A DNA stretch of 64,000 nt from an uncultured Candidatus Binatia bacterium (GCA_965242525.1 OZ251459.1:2720001-2784000), one strand, 5' to 3'. Positions 28,123-38,253 are shown, counted from the stretch's first letter. Notes: generated by a model from the sequence alone, not told the origin. A program made the numbers and translations.

Positions 28123-29877
28123 TTACCGGGGTCGCAGCCTCTGCCGCAGGGCGGCGTGCTGCTCGCGGATCCCCGCGGGGAGCCGGTCCCCGAACTTCTC
28201 GAAGAACTCCGACTGGCTCCGCAGGTTCGTGCGCCAGCCGTCGCGATCCACGTGCAGCAGCCGGCGCATGGCCGCCTCGGGCAGGTCGAGGCCCTTCCCG
28301 TCGATGCTCGACGGCTTGGGCAGGTAGCCGATGGGGGTCTCGTCCGCGGCTCCACCGCCCCGGGAACGCTCGATGATCCATTGGAGCACGCGCAGGTTCT
28401 CGCCGAAGCCCGGCCACAGGAACCCTCCCTGTTCGTCCCGCTGGAACCAGTTCACCCGGAAGATCTTGGGGGGACGGGTCAGGCGCCTGCCCATGGAGAG
28501 CCAGTGGCTCCAGTAGTCCCCCATGTTGTAACCGCAGAACGGCAACATGGCCATGGGGTCGCGCCGGACCACTCCCACCGCGCCGGTGGCGGCCGCGGTG
28601 GTCTCGGACGCCAGGGTGGCGCCGAGGAACGTGCCGTGGGACCAGTCGAAGGCCTGATAGACCAGGGGAACGAGCTTCTGGCGCCGGGCGCCGAAGAGGA
28701 TGGCGCTGATGGGGACGCCCCTGGGGTCGTCCCACTCGGGGGACAGGGAAGGGCATTCGCTCGCGGGCACGGTGAAGCGGCTGTTGGGATGGGCCACGGG
28801 CCCCTCCCGGGAGGCGTTCCACGGGCGCCCGCGCCAGTCGGTGACCGTCCGGGGCCTCGGGTCGTCGTGCCCCTCCCACCATACCCCGCCGTCGGGCTTG
28901 AGCCCCACGTTGGTGAAGATGGTGTTCCTGCGGACGGTGCGCATGGCGTTGGGGTTGGTCATGGAGTTGGTGCCCGGAACCACGCCGAAGAAACCGGCCT
29001 CCGGATTGACCGCCCACAGGCGGCCGTCGTCGCCCACGCGCAGCCACGCGATGTCGTCGCCCACCGTGAACACGCGCCAGCCATCCATGGACCCGGGCGG
29101 CACCAGCATGGCCAGGTTGGTCTTGCCGCAGGCGCTGGGCAGCGCCCCGCACACGTATGTGGTCTCGCCTTCCGGGCTCTGGACCCCCACGATCATCATG
29201 TGCTCGGCGAGCCAGCCCTCCCGCGCCCCGAGGGCGCTGGCCAGCCGCAGCGCCATGCACTTCTTGGACAGCAGCGCGTTGCCGCCGTAGCCGGAGCCCA
29301 CGCTCCAGATGGTGTTGGCCTCGGGGAAGTGGCAGATGAACCGCCGGTCCATGTGCAGGTCGGCCTTGGAGTGGAGCCCCCGGGTGAAATCGTCCGAGTC
29401 GCCGAGGTGCTCCAGGGCCGCGTCGCCCATGCGCGTCATGGCCCGCATGCTCAGGGCCACGTAAACGCTGTCGGTGAGCTCGACCCCCACCTTGCTGAAG
29501 GGAGAGCCGGGAGGCCCCATGAGGAAGGGGACCACGTACAGGGTCCTGCCAGCCATGGCGCCGTCGAACAGCCCGGCGAGCCGGTCGTAGGCCTCGTCCG
29601 GCGCCATCCAGTTGTTGACCGGCCCGGCGTCGTCCCGCTCGCGCGAGCAGACGAAGGTCAGGTGCTCCGTGCGCGCCACGTCGTTGGCGGCGCTGCGGTG
29701 CAGGTAGCAGCCCGGCAGCGTCTCCTGGTCCAGTGGAACGAGGTCCCCGGACCGGATCGCCACCTGGATCAACCGCTCGCGCTCGGCTTCCGACCCGTCG
29801 CACCACACCACGTCGTCCGGGCGGCACATGGCCGCGGCTTCCTTCACGAACTTGCGAACCGACGGATTCACGTCCAT
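28123..29877 (-). CDS. pckG: Phosphoenolpyruvate carboxykinase (GTP)
   Basis: DVARTE, GSGYGGNALL, WLAEHM, PSACGKTNLAM, VGDDIAW, NPEAGFFGV, HPNSRF, DPMAMLPFCGY, WPGFGEN. Confidence 0.96.
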   Translation of the reverse strand: MDVNPSVRKFVKEAAAMCRPDDVVWCDGSEAERERLIQVAIRSGDLVPLDQETLPGCYLHRSAANDVARTEHLTFVCSRERDDAGPVNNWMAPDEAYDRLAGLFDGAMAGRTLYVVPFLMGPPGSPFSKVGVELTDSVYVALSMRAMTRMGDAALEHLGDSDDFTRGLHSKADLHMDRRFICHFPEANTIWSVGSGYGGNALLSKKCMALRLASALGAREGWLAEHMMIVGVQSPEGETTYVCGALPSACGKTNLAMLVPPGSMDGWRVFTVGDDIAWLRVGDDGRLWAVNPEAGFFGVVPGTNSMTNPNAMRTVRRNTIFTNVGLKPDGGVWWEGHDDPRPRTVTDWRGRPWNASREGPVAHPNSRFTVPASECPSLSPEWDDPRGVPISAILFGARRQKLVPLVYQAFDWSHGTFLGATLASETTAAATGAVGVVRRDPMAMLPFCGYNMGDYWSHWLSMGRRLTRPPKIFRVNWFQRDEQGGFLWPGFGENLRVLQWIIERSRGGGAADETPIGYLPKPSSIDGKGLDLPEAAMRRLLHVDRDGWRTNLRSQSEFFEKFGDRLPAGIREQHAALRQRLRPR

Positions 29878-29910
29878 GCTAACCCCTCTTCCGGCACCGC
29901 CGCACCGGCC

Positions 29911-30264
29911 CTACTTCGCCTTCTTCCGGGTGGACGAGGTGCGGCCGGGGTCGCTCCCGGCCGGCGCCGGGGCCTTCGGCTTCGGAGGCGCCGTCTTTGC
30001 GGACCCGGGCTTTCCCGCGGTCTGCGCGGAGGCCGCGGGCCTGGACGCCTTGTGGCCCCTGGTGGGCTTGCCCGATGGACGGTTGGTGATGAAGTGCCCG
30101 CAGTTGATGCAGTAAACGGTGTAGGCCGGCTCCCGGCGGTGATGGACCGTGTGGAAATGCCCCTGGGAGCTGTTGATGCTGATATCTACCTGGTAGAGCT
30201 CGATAACGACATTGTGGTTGCAGTTCGGGCAAACCACCGTTTCGGGTACATCCGTTCTCGCCAT
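29911..30264 (-). CDS. Small Zn-ribbon protein with a basic low-complexity tail
   Basis: CPNC...CINC pair, followed by a Lys/Pro/Ala-rich C-terminus. Confidence 0.6.
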   Translation of the reverse strand: MARTDVPETVVCPNCNHNVVIELYQVDISINSSQGHFHTVHHRREPAYTVYCINCGHFITNRPSGKPTRGHKASRPAASAQTAGKPGSAKTAPPKPKAPAPAGSDPGRTSSTRKKAK

Positions 30265-30340
30265 CCGAACTCCCAGAAAGCCGGCGAACTCCGAGAAGCC
30301 GACGCCTGACACGGGGCTACCATATAGCCCGGTATCCGGC

Positions 30341-31459
30341 TCATGTCCAGTAGTCTTCCCGTCCGCCCTGGACCCACCAGTTCTCCCGCGGCCGGATGTC
30401 GAGTTCGACCCCTTTCCCGTGCTCCCGGGCCAGGTCGTAGAGCCTCTTGGCCAGGGCCAGATCCACGATTCCCTGACCTCCCTGGTTCTTGTACAGGATG
30501 ATCTGGCGGTCGTCGGTGCGCCCCGGGGCCTTTCCGGTCAGGACGTCCGACATGTCCACCACCTTGTCCCAGGAGATGACCCCGTCCTGCACGGGCCAGT
30601 AGATGTCGCCCTGCTGGGAGTCCACCGCCTGCTCCCGGGACAGGGCGACGATGAAGTCGCACCGTACCAGCGTGCCGTCGTCGATCTCGCGCCGGGGCTT
30701 GTCCAGGTTGCCGCTCTTGACCAGCTCGATGTTGCTGCCGATGACCGAGATGACGTACTGGCCCGGCTCCAGCCACGCGCCGTCGATGACCGGGACGTTG
30801 GTGTTGGTCATGCACAGGACGATGTCCACGTCCTGGGCGGCCCGGGGGGCCTCGTCCACCGGCTGCACCGGCACCCCGGTGACCCGGGTCATCCTCCGGG
30901 CGAAGGCTTCCCGGTGCGACCGGGTGGGGCTGAACACCTTGGCGCCGTCGATGGGCCGGAGCTCGGTCAACCCCACGAACGTGGAGTAGGCCTGGTTGCC
31001 GGACCCGTAGATGCCCACCAGTCGGGCGTCCTCCCTGGCGAGCCGGTCGAGGCCCACCAGGCTCGTGGCCGGCGTCCGCAGGTCGGCGACCCCCGCGGCG
31101 TGCTTCGGCCGGTGCGCCATGACCCCCAGGAGGGAGCCCGAGTCCGCGTCGTAGATCAGCGCCAGCTCCGTCTGGTCCGGGTTGTACGGCGGCCGCCTTT
31201 GCTGGTCGCCGACGATGGCCTTCCGGTGCAGCGCCACCTGGGCGCCCACCGCGCCGTAGCTCGCCGCCCCGCCGGCATAGATGTTGAGCACCGTGTCGAA
31301 GGACGCCTCGCCCACGTTCCTGTGCAGGTTCAGGCGCTTGCGGGGCGCGTTCACGCCCTCCGGCGTGGCCACCTTCCCGAGCGCTTCCGCGGTGATGGAG
31401 ACGGCTTCCGGGAACGAGACCAGCTCGTCCACGTCCTGGGAATGAAAGAACAACGCCAT
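30341..31459 (-). CDS. Ornithine cyclodeaminase / mu-crystallin family protein
   Basis: LRTPATS, GIYGSGNQA, FSPT, REID, YKNQGGQG. Confidence 0.85.
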   Translation of the reverse strand: MALFFHSQDVDELVSFPEAVSITAEALGKVATPEGVNAPRKRLNLHRNVGEASFDTVLNIYAGGAASYGAVGAQVALHRKAIVGDQQRRPPYNPDQTELALIYDADSGSLLGVMAHRPKHAAGVADLRTPATSLVGLDRLAREDARLVGIYGSGNQAYSTFVGLTELRPIDGAKVFSPTRSHREAFARRMTRVTGVPVQPVDEAPRAAQDVDIVLCMTNTNVPVIDGAWLEPGQYVISVIGSNIELVKSGNLDKPRREIDDGTLVRCDFIVALSREQAVDSQQGDIYWPVQDGVISWDKVVDMSDVLTGKAPGRTDDRQIILYKNQGGQGIVDLALAKRLYDLAREHGKGVELDIRPRENWWVQGGREDYWT

Positions 31460-31603
31460 GACGCCTCCAGGTTTTCGCGCTTGCCCGAAACCGGACCGTC
31501 CCCGCTCCGCGGAGAGGGCGGCCGAAGGCCGGGGGACCATTGGCCCCGTCCGAAAACAGACCAGATAGCCCGGGCGCACGAGAAAGGCAAGGAAACCCTG
31601 AAG

Positions 31604-31663
31604 CATCGAGCCGCGGACGGGATCATCGAGCCGTGGATGAGACCATCGAGCCGTGGACGGGAG
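31604..31663 (+). repeat. Three tandem 20-bp repeats
   Basis: CATCGAGCCGCGGACGGGAT / CATCGAGCCGTGGATGAGAC / CATCGAGCCGTGGACGGGAG, directly after the TIR-like GGAAACCCTGAA at 31591. Confidence 0.85.
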
Positions 31664-31688
31664 TATTTCCCCACGTGACATCCCTGCC

Positions 31689-31738
31689 CCCGTTCGTCCT
31701 GAGCGTAGCGAAGCGAAGTCGAAGGACGCGCTTTCCCG
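31689..31738 (+). repeat. REP-like dispersed repeat
   Basis: CCCGTTCGTCCTGAGCGTAGCGAAGCGAAGTCGAAGGACGCGCTTTCCC. Confidence 0.85.
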
Positions 31739-31850
31739 TAGTCGGATGTTCCGCCACGCGGCCCGCGGTCGTTGGCGGCGGTTCCGCGGCCGTGCTACGA
31801 GAACCCCTGACGCGCGCCGGTCGCCGCCGGTCGCGTCCGGGAGAGTCGTC

Positions 31851-33605
31851 ATGGATGCAGTGCAGATGGAAGTCGTCTATCGGGCCACCGCCCAGATCGC
31901 CAAGGAGCTCGCCCTCAACATGCTCCGGACCGGCTATTCGAGCGTCATCAAGGAGAGCCAGGACTTCACCTTCGCGATCTTCGACGCGGCCGGGCGCATG
32001 GTGACCCAGGGACTGCCCCAGCCCCTCCACATCGGCGGCATCTCGGCCCAGGTGGGCGAGGTGATCCGGGTGTTCGGCGGCGCCATGGCGGAGGGCGACG
32101 TGTTCATCGCGAACCACCCCTACTTCGCCTGCCAGAACCACGCCACGGACGTGACCGTGGTCTCTCCGGTGTTCGACCGGGGCCGGCTCGTTGCGTTCAT
32201 CGCCAACACGGCCCACAAGCCGGACCTCGGCGGCAAGGTGCCGGGCACCAACTCGCCGGACGCCACCGACGTGATCCAGGAAGGGCTGCTGCTCCCGGCC
32301 CTGAGGCTCTACCGGGAGGGACGGGTCAACGAGGACCTCAAGACCATCGTGATGGCCAACACCCGGACGCCGGAGACCACCTGGGGCGACGTGCAGGCCC
32401 AGGCCCAGACCAACTTCTACGGGCTCGGGAAACTCGCGGAGCTCATGGACCACTACGGCTCCGACCAAGTGACCGCGTGCTGGCTGGAATGGATGGACAT
32501 CTGCGAGGCGGAGGTCCGAAAGGCCATCGAGACCATCCCGGACGGGAGCTACGGCCCCTGCGTGGACTTCCTCGACGACGACGGGCTGGACCGGGACCGC
32601 TCCTACCGCATCGAGGCGTCCCTGCGTGTGGCCGGCGACGAGATGCGCTTCTCGCTGGACTCCTCGGAGCAGGCCCGGGGCCCTGTCAACCTCCGGCCCT
32701 GCGTCATCCGGAACTTCATCGAGTGCATGGTGGTGGCCGTGCTCTGTCCGGACCTGCCGGTCAACCAGGGGGTCTCCCGGCCCATCCACGTCTCCTTTCC
32801 GCCCGAGGGGTCCATCCTCAACCCGCGTTATCCCGCGCCGGTGAACATGTACGTCCGTCCCAGCCAGATGGTCACCTCGGTGGTCCAGATGGTGCTGGCC
32901 GTGGCCCTGCCCGAGCTCGTGCCCGCCCCGGACAGCGGCGCCGGAGGCTCGGTGTCCATCTCCGGGCAGGACGCCGAGCGCGGACGGTGGTTCTCGCTCT
33001 ACGACCTCAACTGCGGCGGCGCGGGCGCGCGTTCCGACGGCGACGGCCCGAGCGTGGTGAACTCGCTGGTGATCAACGTGATGAACACCCCGGTGGAGCC
33101 GTTGGAGACGGAGTTCCCCATCCGTATCGAGCGCTACGAGCTGTTCGAGGAATCGGGCGGCGCCGGCCGCTTCCGGGGCGGCCTGGGCATGGTCAGGGAC
33201 TGGACCATGCTCGCCGACGAGGCCTACGTGAACCTGCGCAGCGACCGCTTCAAGCACTCGGCTCCGGGCCTGCACGGCGCGCGCCATGCGCTGCCCTCGT
33301 CGGCCTGCCTCAACCCGGGCACGGAGCGGGAGCAGGATCTCCCGTCCAAAGTGAGCCGGCTGCGGTTGGGGAAGGGCGACGTCTTCCGCATCCGGTACGC
33401 CGGCGGGGGCGGCCGCGGGGATCCCTTCGACCGGGATCCGTCACGGGTCCTGGACGACGTCCGGGACGGCTACGTCAGCGCGGAGACCGCGCGGGAGGCT
33501 TACGGCGTTGCGGTGGCCGGACGGCCCCCCGAAGTCGATGAGGCCGAGACCGCTCGGCTGAGGCGCGCCGCCCGGCCCGCGGGCAACGGCCCGGAGCCGG
33601 AGTAG
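31851..33605 (+). CDS. Hydantoinase B / 5-oxoprolinase subunit
   Basis: SSVIKESQDF, NHPY...NHATD, HKPDLGG, QEGL, NTPVEPLE, GGAGRFRGG, GGGGRGDP. Confidence 0.9.
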   Translation: MDAVQMEVVYRATAQIAKELALNMLRTGYSSVIKESQDFTFAIFDAAGRMVTQGLPQPLHIGGISAQVGEVIRVFGGAMAEGDVFIANHPYFACQNHATDVTVVSPVFDRGRLVAFIANTAHKPDLGGKVPGTNSPDATDVIQEGLLLPALRLYREGRVNEDLKTIVMANTRTPETTWGDVQAQAQTNFYGLGKLAELMDHYGSDQVTACWLEWMDICEAEVRKAIETIPDGSYGPCVDFLDDDGLDRDRSYRIEASLRVAGDEMRFSLDSSEQARGPVNLRPCVIRNFIECMVVAVLCPDLPVNQGVSRPIHVSFPPEGSILNPRYPAPVNMYVRPSQMVTSVVQMVLAVALPELVPAPDSGAGGSVSISGQDAERGRWFSLYDLNCGGAGARSDGDGPSVVNSLVINVMNTPVEPLETEFPIRIERYELFEESGGAGRFRGGLGMVRDWTMLADEAYVNLRSDRFKHSAPGLHGARHALPSSACLNPGTEREQDLPSKVSRLRLGKGDVFRIRYAGGGGRGDPFDRDPSRVLDDVRDGYVSAETAREAYGVAVAGRPPEVDEAETARLRRAARPAGNGPEPE

Positions 33606-33612
33606 CCTCCCC

Positions 33613-34785
33613 GTGGAAGCGCAAGGCGGCGCGCCGGACGGTTGGGTCCGCAGCTTCCTGTTGACCAGCGGCGCCCGCTTCGGGGTCTTCTTCGCCCTGT
33701 TCCAGATCGAGCCGGTGTTCCCCCTCTACCTGGAGGGGATGGGGGCGAGCTCGTTCATGATCGGGCTGGTCATGGCCGCGTTCCCCTTCGGCGCCACGGT
33801 GGTGCGGCCGCTGGTGGGAGCCTACATCGACCGCCTGGGCAGCAAGGTCTTCCTGGTGGGAGGGCTGGTCATCTTCGTCACCGCGGCCGCGGGCTACGTC
33901 TGGACCGCCTCGGTGCTGGTGGCGCTGTGCCTGCGGACGTACCACGGCTTCGGCTGGTCGGGATGCACCACGTCGGTGGGCACCCTGGTGGCCGACATCG
34001 CCCCCGACCACCGGCGCGGCGCCCTCATCGCCTACTCCGGGGCGGTGAGCACCGTGGCCGGCGCGGTGGCCCCGGCCGCGGCCTTCTGGATGGTGGCGCA
34101 GCATGGTTTCCCGACGCTGTTCCTGTGCGCCGCGGCCGCGGCGGCCCTGGGCCTGGCCGCGGCCGTGTGGATACGCGAGCCGGAGCGGGTCCGCACCGAG
34201 ACCCCGCGGCGGCGCTGGTTCGAGACCTTCATCCTGCCCGAGTCCCTCATGCCCGCGGTGAGCATGGGCCTGCTGGGGGTCTCCCGCGGCAGCATCATCG
34301 CCTTCCTTTCGCTGTACGCCCTGGACGTGGGGCTGGAGAACCCGGGCCACTGGTTCGCCCTGTTCGCGGTGGCGGTGGTGGCCGGCCGCCCCATCTTCGG
34401 TCCCCTGTCCGACAGCAAGGGGCGGCCCTTCGTGATCATCCCCTGCTACCTCCTGGCTCTGGCGGGCATGGTGGTGCTGTCGCTGGCGGCCTCGCCCCCG
34501 ATGCTGCTGGTGTCCGCGGCCATGGTGGGACTCGGTTACGGCTCCGCCCATGCGGCCCTCATGACCATGGCGGTGGACTTGGCGCCGCGCCAACGGTGGG
34601 GCCTGAGCATGGCCCAGTACCACCTGTTCTACGACCTCGCCATCGGCGTGGGCGGGGTGGCGGCCGGCGTCATCCTCGACTTTACCGGCAACGACTATCC
34701 GGCTATGTTCCTCGCCACCACCGTGGTGGGCCTGGGCGGGTTCGTGCTGTTCATGATGCGGTACCGCGCCGCGGTGGCGCGCTGA
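33613..34785 (+). CDS. MFS transporter
   Basis: About 12 TM helices; GAYIDRLG and GPLSDSKGR motif-A-like loops. Confidence 0.88.
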   Translation: MEAQGGAPDGWVRSFLLTSGARFGVFFALFQIEPVFPLYLEGMGASSFMIGLVMAAFPFGATVVRPLVGAYIDRLGSKVFLVGGLVIFVTAAAGYVWTASVLVALCLRTYHGFGWSGCTTSVGTLVADIAPDHRRGALIAYSGAVSTVAGAVAPAAAFWMVAQHGFPTLFLCAAAAAALGLAAAVWIREPERVRTETPRRRWFETFILPESLMPAVSMGLLGVSRGSIIAFLSLYALDVGLENPGHWFALFAVAVVAGRPIFGPLSDSKGRPFVIIPCYLLALAGMVVLSLAASPPMLLVSAAMVGLGYGSAHAALMTMAVDLAPRQRWGLSMAQYHLFYDLAIGVGGVAAGVILDFTGNDYPAMFLATTVVGLGGFVLFMMRYRAAVAR

Positions 34786-34823
34786 GGCGAGCGTCCCCGG
34801 GGCGTGCCCGGAACCGACCGGCA

Positions 34824-36872
34824 ATGAGACTCAGGATCGGCATCGACGTGGGCGGCACCTTCACGGACGTGACGGTCCTGGACGAGGACACGGGCCGTAT
34901 CCGCGAGGTGCGCAAGGTCCCGTCCAATCCCGCAGCCCCGCTGGAAGTGCTCGACGGGGTGCTGGCGGACATGCGCGCCCGGTGGGGTCCGGAGGCCCTC
35001 TCCTACCTGTTGCACGGCTCCACCCACGCCCTCAATACGGTGCTGGAGGAGAAGGGCAGCCGCACGGGTCTCCTCACCACCTGGGGGTTCCGGGACGTAT
35101 ATGAGATCGCACGCCAGTGGAAGGGCGAGGAGGTCTTCAACATCTTCTATCCCGGGGGCAAGCGTTTCGTCCCCCGGCGGCGGGTCGCGGAGGTCCCCGA
35201 GCGGCTCGACAAGTCCGGCCGGGTGCTGACGCCCCTGGACCTGGACCGTGTGGACGAGGCCGTGTCCGGGCTGGTGGAGCAGGGCATCGACGCCCTTGCC
35301 GTCGTGTTCCTGTTCTCCTACGTGAACCCGGTCCACGAGCGGTTGGCGGCCGAGCGCGTCCGCTCGCGCTACCCGGACCTGTTCGTGTCGGCGTCGTCGG
35401 AAGTGAACCCGGTGTGGCGCGAGTACGAGCGCACCGCCACCACGGTGCTGAACGCCTACCTGGGCCCGCGCATGGAACGGTACTTCGCCGGCATGGAGGA
35501 GACCGTGCTGCGCCGCTTCCCCGGGGCGCACCCCTTCCTGATGAAGTCCAACGGCGGCATCGGCGCGCCCCGGGCCATGGCGCGGTTCCCGGTGCAGACC
35601 CTCATGTCCGGTCCCGTGGCGGGGGTGGTGGCGGCCCACGAGCTGGGCGCCCGCGCCGGGGTCTCCCACCTCATCTCCCTGGACGTGGGCGGCACCAGCA
35701 GCGACATGTCGCTGATACCGGGAAAGCAGCTCTTCCGCACCGAATGGCGCATCGGGCGCCATCCCGTGCGCGTGGATTCGGTGGAGGTGGAGAGCCTGGG
35801 GGCGGGCGGCGGCAGCTTGGCCCGGGTGCGCTACGGCAAGGTGCTCCAGGTGGGGCCGCAGAGCGCCGGGGCGGTCCCGGGCCCGGCCTGTTACATGAGG
35901 GGCGGGGACCGGCCCACGTTGACCGACGCCCTGGTGCAACTGCGCCACCTGAACCCCCGGGCGCTGCTGCAAGGCGAGATGGCCATCGACCCGGAGTCGT
36001 CCGCCGCGGCCATCCGGCGCGCGGTGGCGGAGCCCCTGGGCATGTCGGAGGACGAGGCGGCCCTGGGCATCCTGCGCGTCCTGGCGGCCAACGTGGTCTC
36101 CTCCATGCGCACCATCACCATCGAGCGGGGCTTCGACCCCGCGGACTTCACCCTCGCCGCCTTCGGCGGCATGGGACCCACCCTGGCCACCGCGGTGGCC
36201 TCTTCCCTGGGCGTCGGCCGCATCCTGGTCCCCGCGGACCCGGGCAACTTCAGCGCCTTCGGCATGCTGCTGTCCGACCTGCGCTCGGACGCCGTCGCCA
36301 CCCGGGTGGCGGCCCTCACCCCGGATTCCCTGGAGGACGCGGCGACGGCCCTGCGCGGCCTCGAAGAGGAGGTCCGGCGCGAGCTCGCCTCCCAGGGGCC
36401 GTCCCCGGACCGGATACGTGTTGATTGGCTGCTGGACATGCGTTACCGTGAGCAGGCCTACGAGTTGACGGTGCCCATCGCCAAGGACCCCGCCAGGCTC
36501 AACGTGGACGAGATCCGCGACCGGTTCGGCGCGGCCCACGAACGGCGCTACGGCCACCGGGCGGACGACGAGGTGGTGGAGGTGGTCAACTTGCGGGCGT
36601 CCGCATACGCTTCGCTGGGCAAGCCGGAGTCGTCCCGGAGGGCGGCCGGCGGGGAGCCGCGGCCCGCTCCCGAGCGGCGCCGGGTGATCATGCTCGACGG
36701 TGCGCACGATACGCCGGTGTTCCGCCGGGACCACCTGGACCCGGGCGCGGCGTTCCGCGGGCCTGCGGTCATCGAGGAGAAGACTTCCACCACGTTGGTG
36801 GAGCCGGGCTGGGCCGTGCGCGTGGACCGGGAGGGCAACCTGGACCTCACACGGGTCCCGTCCGAAAGGTGA
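34824..36872 (+). CDS. Hydantoinase A / 5-oxoprolinase ATP-binding subunit
   Basis: IGIDVGGTFTD, HGST, EYER, SGPVAG, DVGGTSSD, GAGGGS, SAGAVPGPACY, TLTDA. Confidence 0.92.
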   Translation: MRLRIGIDVGGTFTDVTVLDEDTGRIREVRKVPSNPAAPLEVLDGVLADMRARWGPEALSYLLHGSTHALNTVLEEKGSRTGLLTTWGFRDVYEIARQWKGEEVFNIFYPGGKRFVPRRRVAEVPERLDKSGRVLTPLDLDRVDEAVSGLVEQGIDALAVVFLFSYVNPVHERLAAERVRSRYPDLFVSASSEVNPVWREYERTATTVLNAYLGPRMERYFAGMEETVLRRFPGAHPFLMKSNGGIGAPRAMARFPVQTLMSGPVAGVVAAHELGARAGVSHLISLDVGGTSSDMSLIPGKQLFRTEWRIGRHPVRVDSVEVESLGAGGGSLARVRYGKVLQVGPQSAGAVPGPACYMRGGDRPTLTDALVQLRHLNPRALLQGEMAIDPESSAAAIRRAVAEPLGMSEDEAALGILRVLAANVVSSMRTITIERGFDPADFTLAAFGGMGPTLATAVASSLGVGRILVPADPGNFSAFGMLLSDLRSDAVATRVAALTPDSLEDAATALRGLEEEVRRELASQGPSPDRIRVDWLLDMRYREQAYELTVPIAKDPARLNVDEIRDRFGAAHERRYGHRADDEVVEVVNLRASAYASLGKPESSRRAAGGEPRPAPERRRVIMLDGAHDTPVFRRDHLDPGAAFRGPAVIEEKTSTTLVEPGWAVRVDREGNLDLTRVPSER

Positions 36873-36923
36873 CCGGGCAAGCGCTCGAGGAAGACCGGTC
36901 CGAAGCAGACACGGAGGCAACGC

Positions 36924-37889
36924 ATGAAGATCCTGATTACGGGCGGCATGGGGGTGAACGGCGCGGTGACCGCCAGGCGCTTGGTGGCCGCGGGCCAACG
37001 GCCGGTCCTGCTGGACAACCGCATGGACCTGTCGCTGATCTCGGACATCGAGAAGCGCGTGGACCGGGTGGTGGGGGACATCCTGGACCCGGACAGCCTG
37101 GACAAGGTGATCACGGACTTCGGGATCACCCACGTGGCCCACTTGGCGGCGTTGATGCCCGGTCCCGCGGAAGCGGACCCGGCCCTCGGCATCAAGGTCG
37201 GGGTGGACGGGACCCTGAACGTCCTGGAGGCCGCCCGTCACCGGAACCTCCAACGGGTGGTGTTCACCAGCTCCAAGGCGGTGTACGGCGAGATCACCGG
37301 ACGCCACGCCCATCCGGATTACGTGCCGATGGACGAGGACCACCCCCAGGACCCCGCGGACCTGTACGGGACCATCAAGGTGTGCTGCGAGACCCTGGGC
37401 GCGTATTACCGCAAGCGTTACGGCGTGGACTTCGTGGCCCTGCGGTTCGGCTCCATCTACGGCCCGGGCAAGGAGGTGCGCCACGGCGCCCTGTCGCTCT
37501 ACGGCCAGATGATCGAGAACGTCATGTCGGGCAAGGGCTTCTCCATGCCCAGCGGCGGGGACCAGGTCAACGAAGCGCTCTACGTGGGCGACGTGGCCCG
37601 GTCCATCATCCTGGCCCTGGAGGTGAAGGACCCGGCGGAGCGCGTGTTCAACATCGGCACCGGCCAGGGCGTCACGCTCCACGACTTCCAGCGCATACTC
37701 GGCGCGCTCTACCCGGACAGCAGGATCGAGGTCGGCCCGGGCCTGGATTTCCGCATGGGCGAGAAGAAGAGCTACTGCATCTTCGACATCGCCAGGGCCA
37801 GGGAGCACCTGGGCTTCACCCCGGCCTACGACCTGGAGGCCGGCATCAAGGACTACATCGACACCATCGAGCGGCTGCGTCCGCAGTAG
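36924..37889 (+). CDS. NAD-dependent epimerase/dehydratase (extended SDR)
   Basis: ILITGGMGVNG, HLAA, TSSKAVYG, YGTIK (YxxxK), FNIGTG. Confidence 0.9.
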   Translation: MKILITGGMGVNGAVTARRLVAAGQRPVLLDNRMDLSLISDIEKRVDRVVGDILDPDSLDKVITDFGITHVAHLAALMPGPAEADPALGIKVGVDGTLNVLEAARHRNLQRVVFTSSKAVYGEITGRHAHPDYVPMDEDHPQDPADLYGTIKVCCETLGAYYRKRYGVDFVALRFGSIYGPGKEVRHGALSLYGQMIENVMSGKGFSMPSGGDQVNEALYVGDVARSIILALEVKDPAERVFNIGTGQGVTLHDFQRILGALYPDSRIEVGPGLDFRMGEKKSYCIFDIARAREHLGFTPAYDLEAGIKDYIDTIERLRPQ

Positions 37890-37925
37890 GGGGGCGGGGA
37901 CGGCGCGGTTGCCGGTCTCCGTTCA

Positions 37926-38022
37926 GGAACGTCTGAACAATACCGCCTTGAGTTCCCTCTCCCTCTGGGGAAGGGCCAGGGTGAGAGAATACCCCTCCAT
38001 ATCTCGATCGTTCAGCGTTTCC
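37926..38022. mobile_element. MITE-like element carrying a second REP-type unit
   Basis: Left GGAACGTCTGAACAAT, right ATCGTTCAGCGTTTCC (degenerate TIR); internal CCCTCTCCCTCTGGGGAAGGGCCAGGGTGAGAG. Confidence 0.55.
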
Positions 38023-38070
38023 CTTCCGTAGTAGTTGCTCTACGTAGCGGGCAAAGGGAAACTCCTGTCT

Positions 38071-38110
38071 CCGTTCGTCCTGAGCGTAGCGAAGCGGAGT
38101 CGAAGGGCGC
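38071..38110 (+). repeat. REP-like dispersed repeat
   Basis: CCGTTCGTCCTGAGCGTAGCGAAGCGGAGTCGAAGGGCGC. Confidence 0.85.
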
Positions 38111-38223
38111 CGTCCCGTTGCGTTGCCCCCAGCTTGGTGATCCGTCTCCCTAATCAGGTGGCGAGGGGCGAACTCAGATCCGCACCGTCGTCCTTGTATG
38201 CTTCCCAGAATACCTTGGGCCGG

Positions 38224-38253
38224 TTGACAGCGCCCCAACCGTTTGTCTATACA
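38224..38253 (+). promoter_or_regulatory. Putative sigma70 promoter for the lipoprotein leader
   Basis: TTGACA-N18-TATACA; the predicted +1 (~38260) coincides with the start of the long inverted repeat. Confidence 0.5.

Noticed and set aside
26651-29827. 1058-aa AmtB fusion (likewise the 947-aa Ppk1 and 1076-aa hydantoinase A extensions)
   Set aside because: The upstream parts are off-frame read-through of neighbouring genes; RBS, promoter and family N-termini support the shorter starts.
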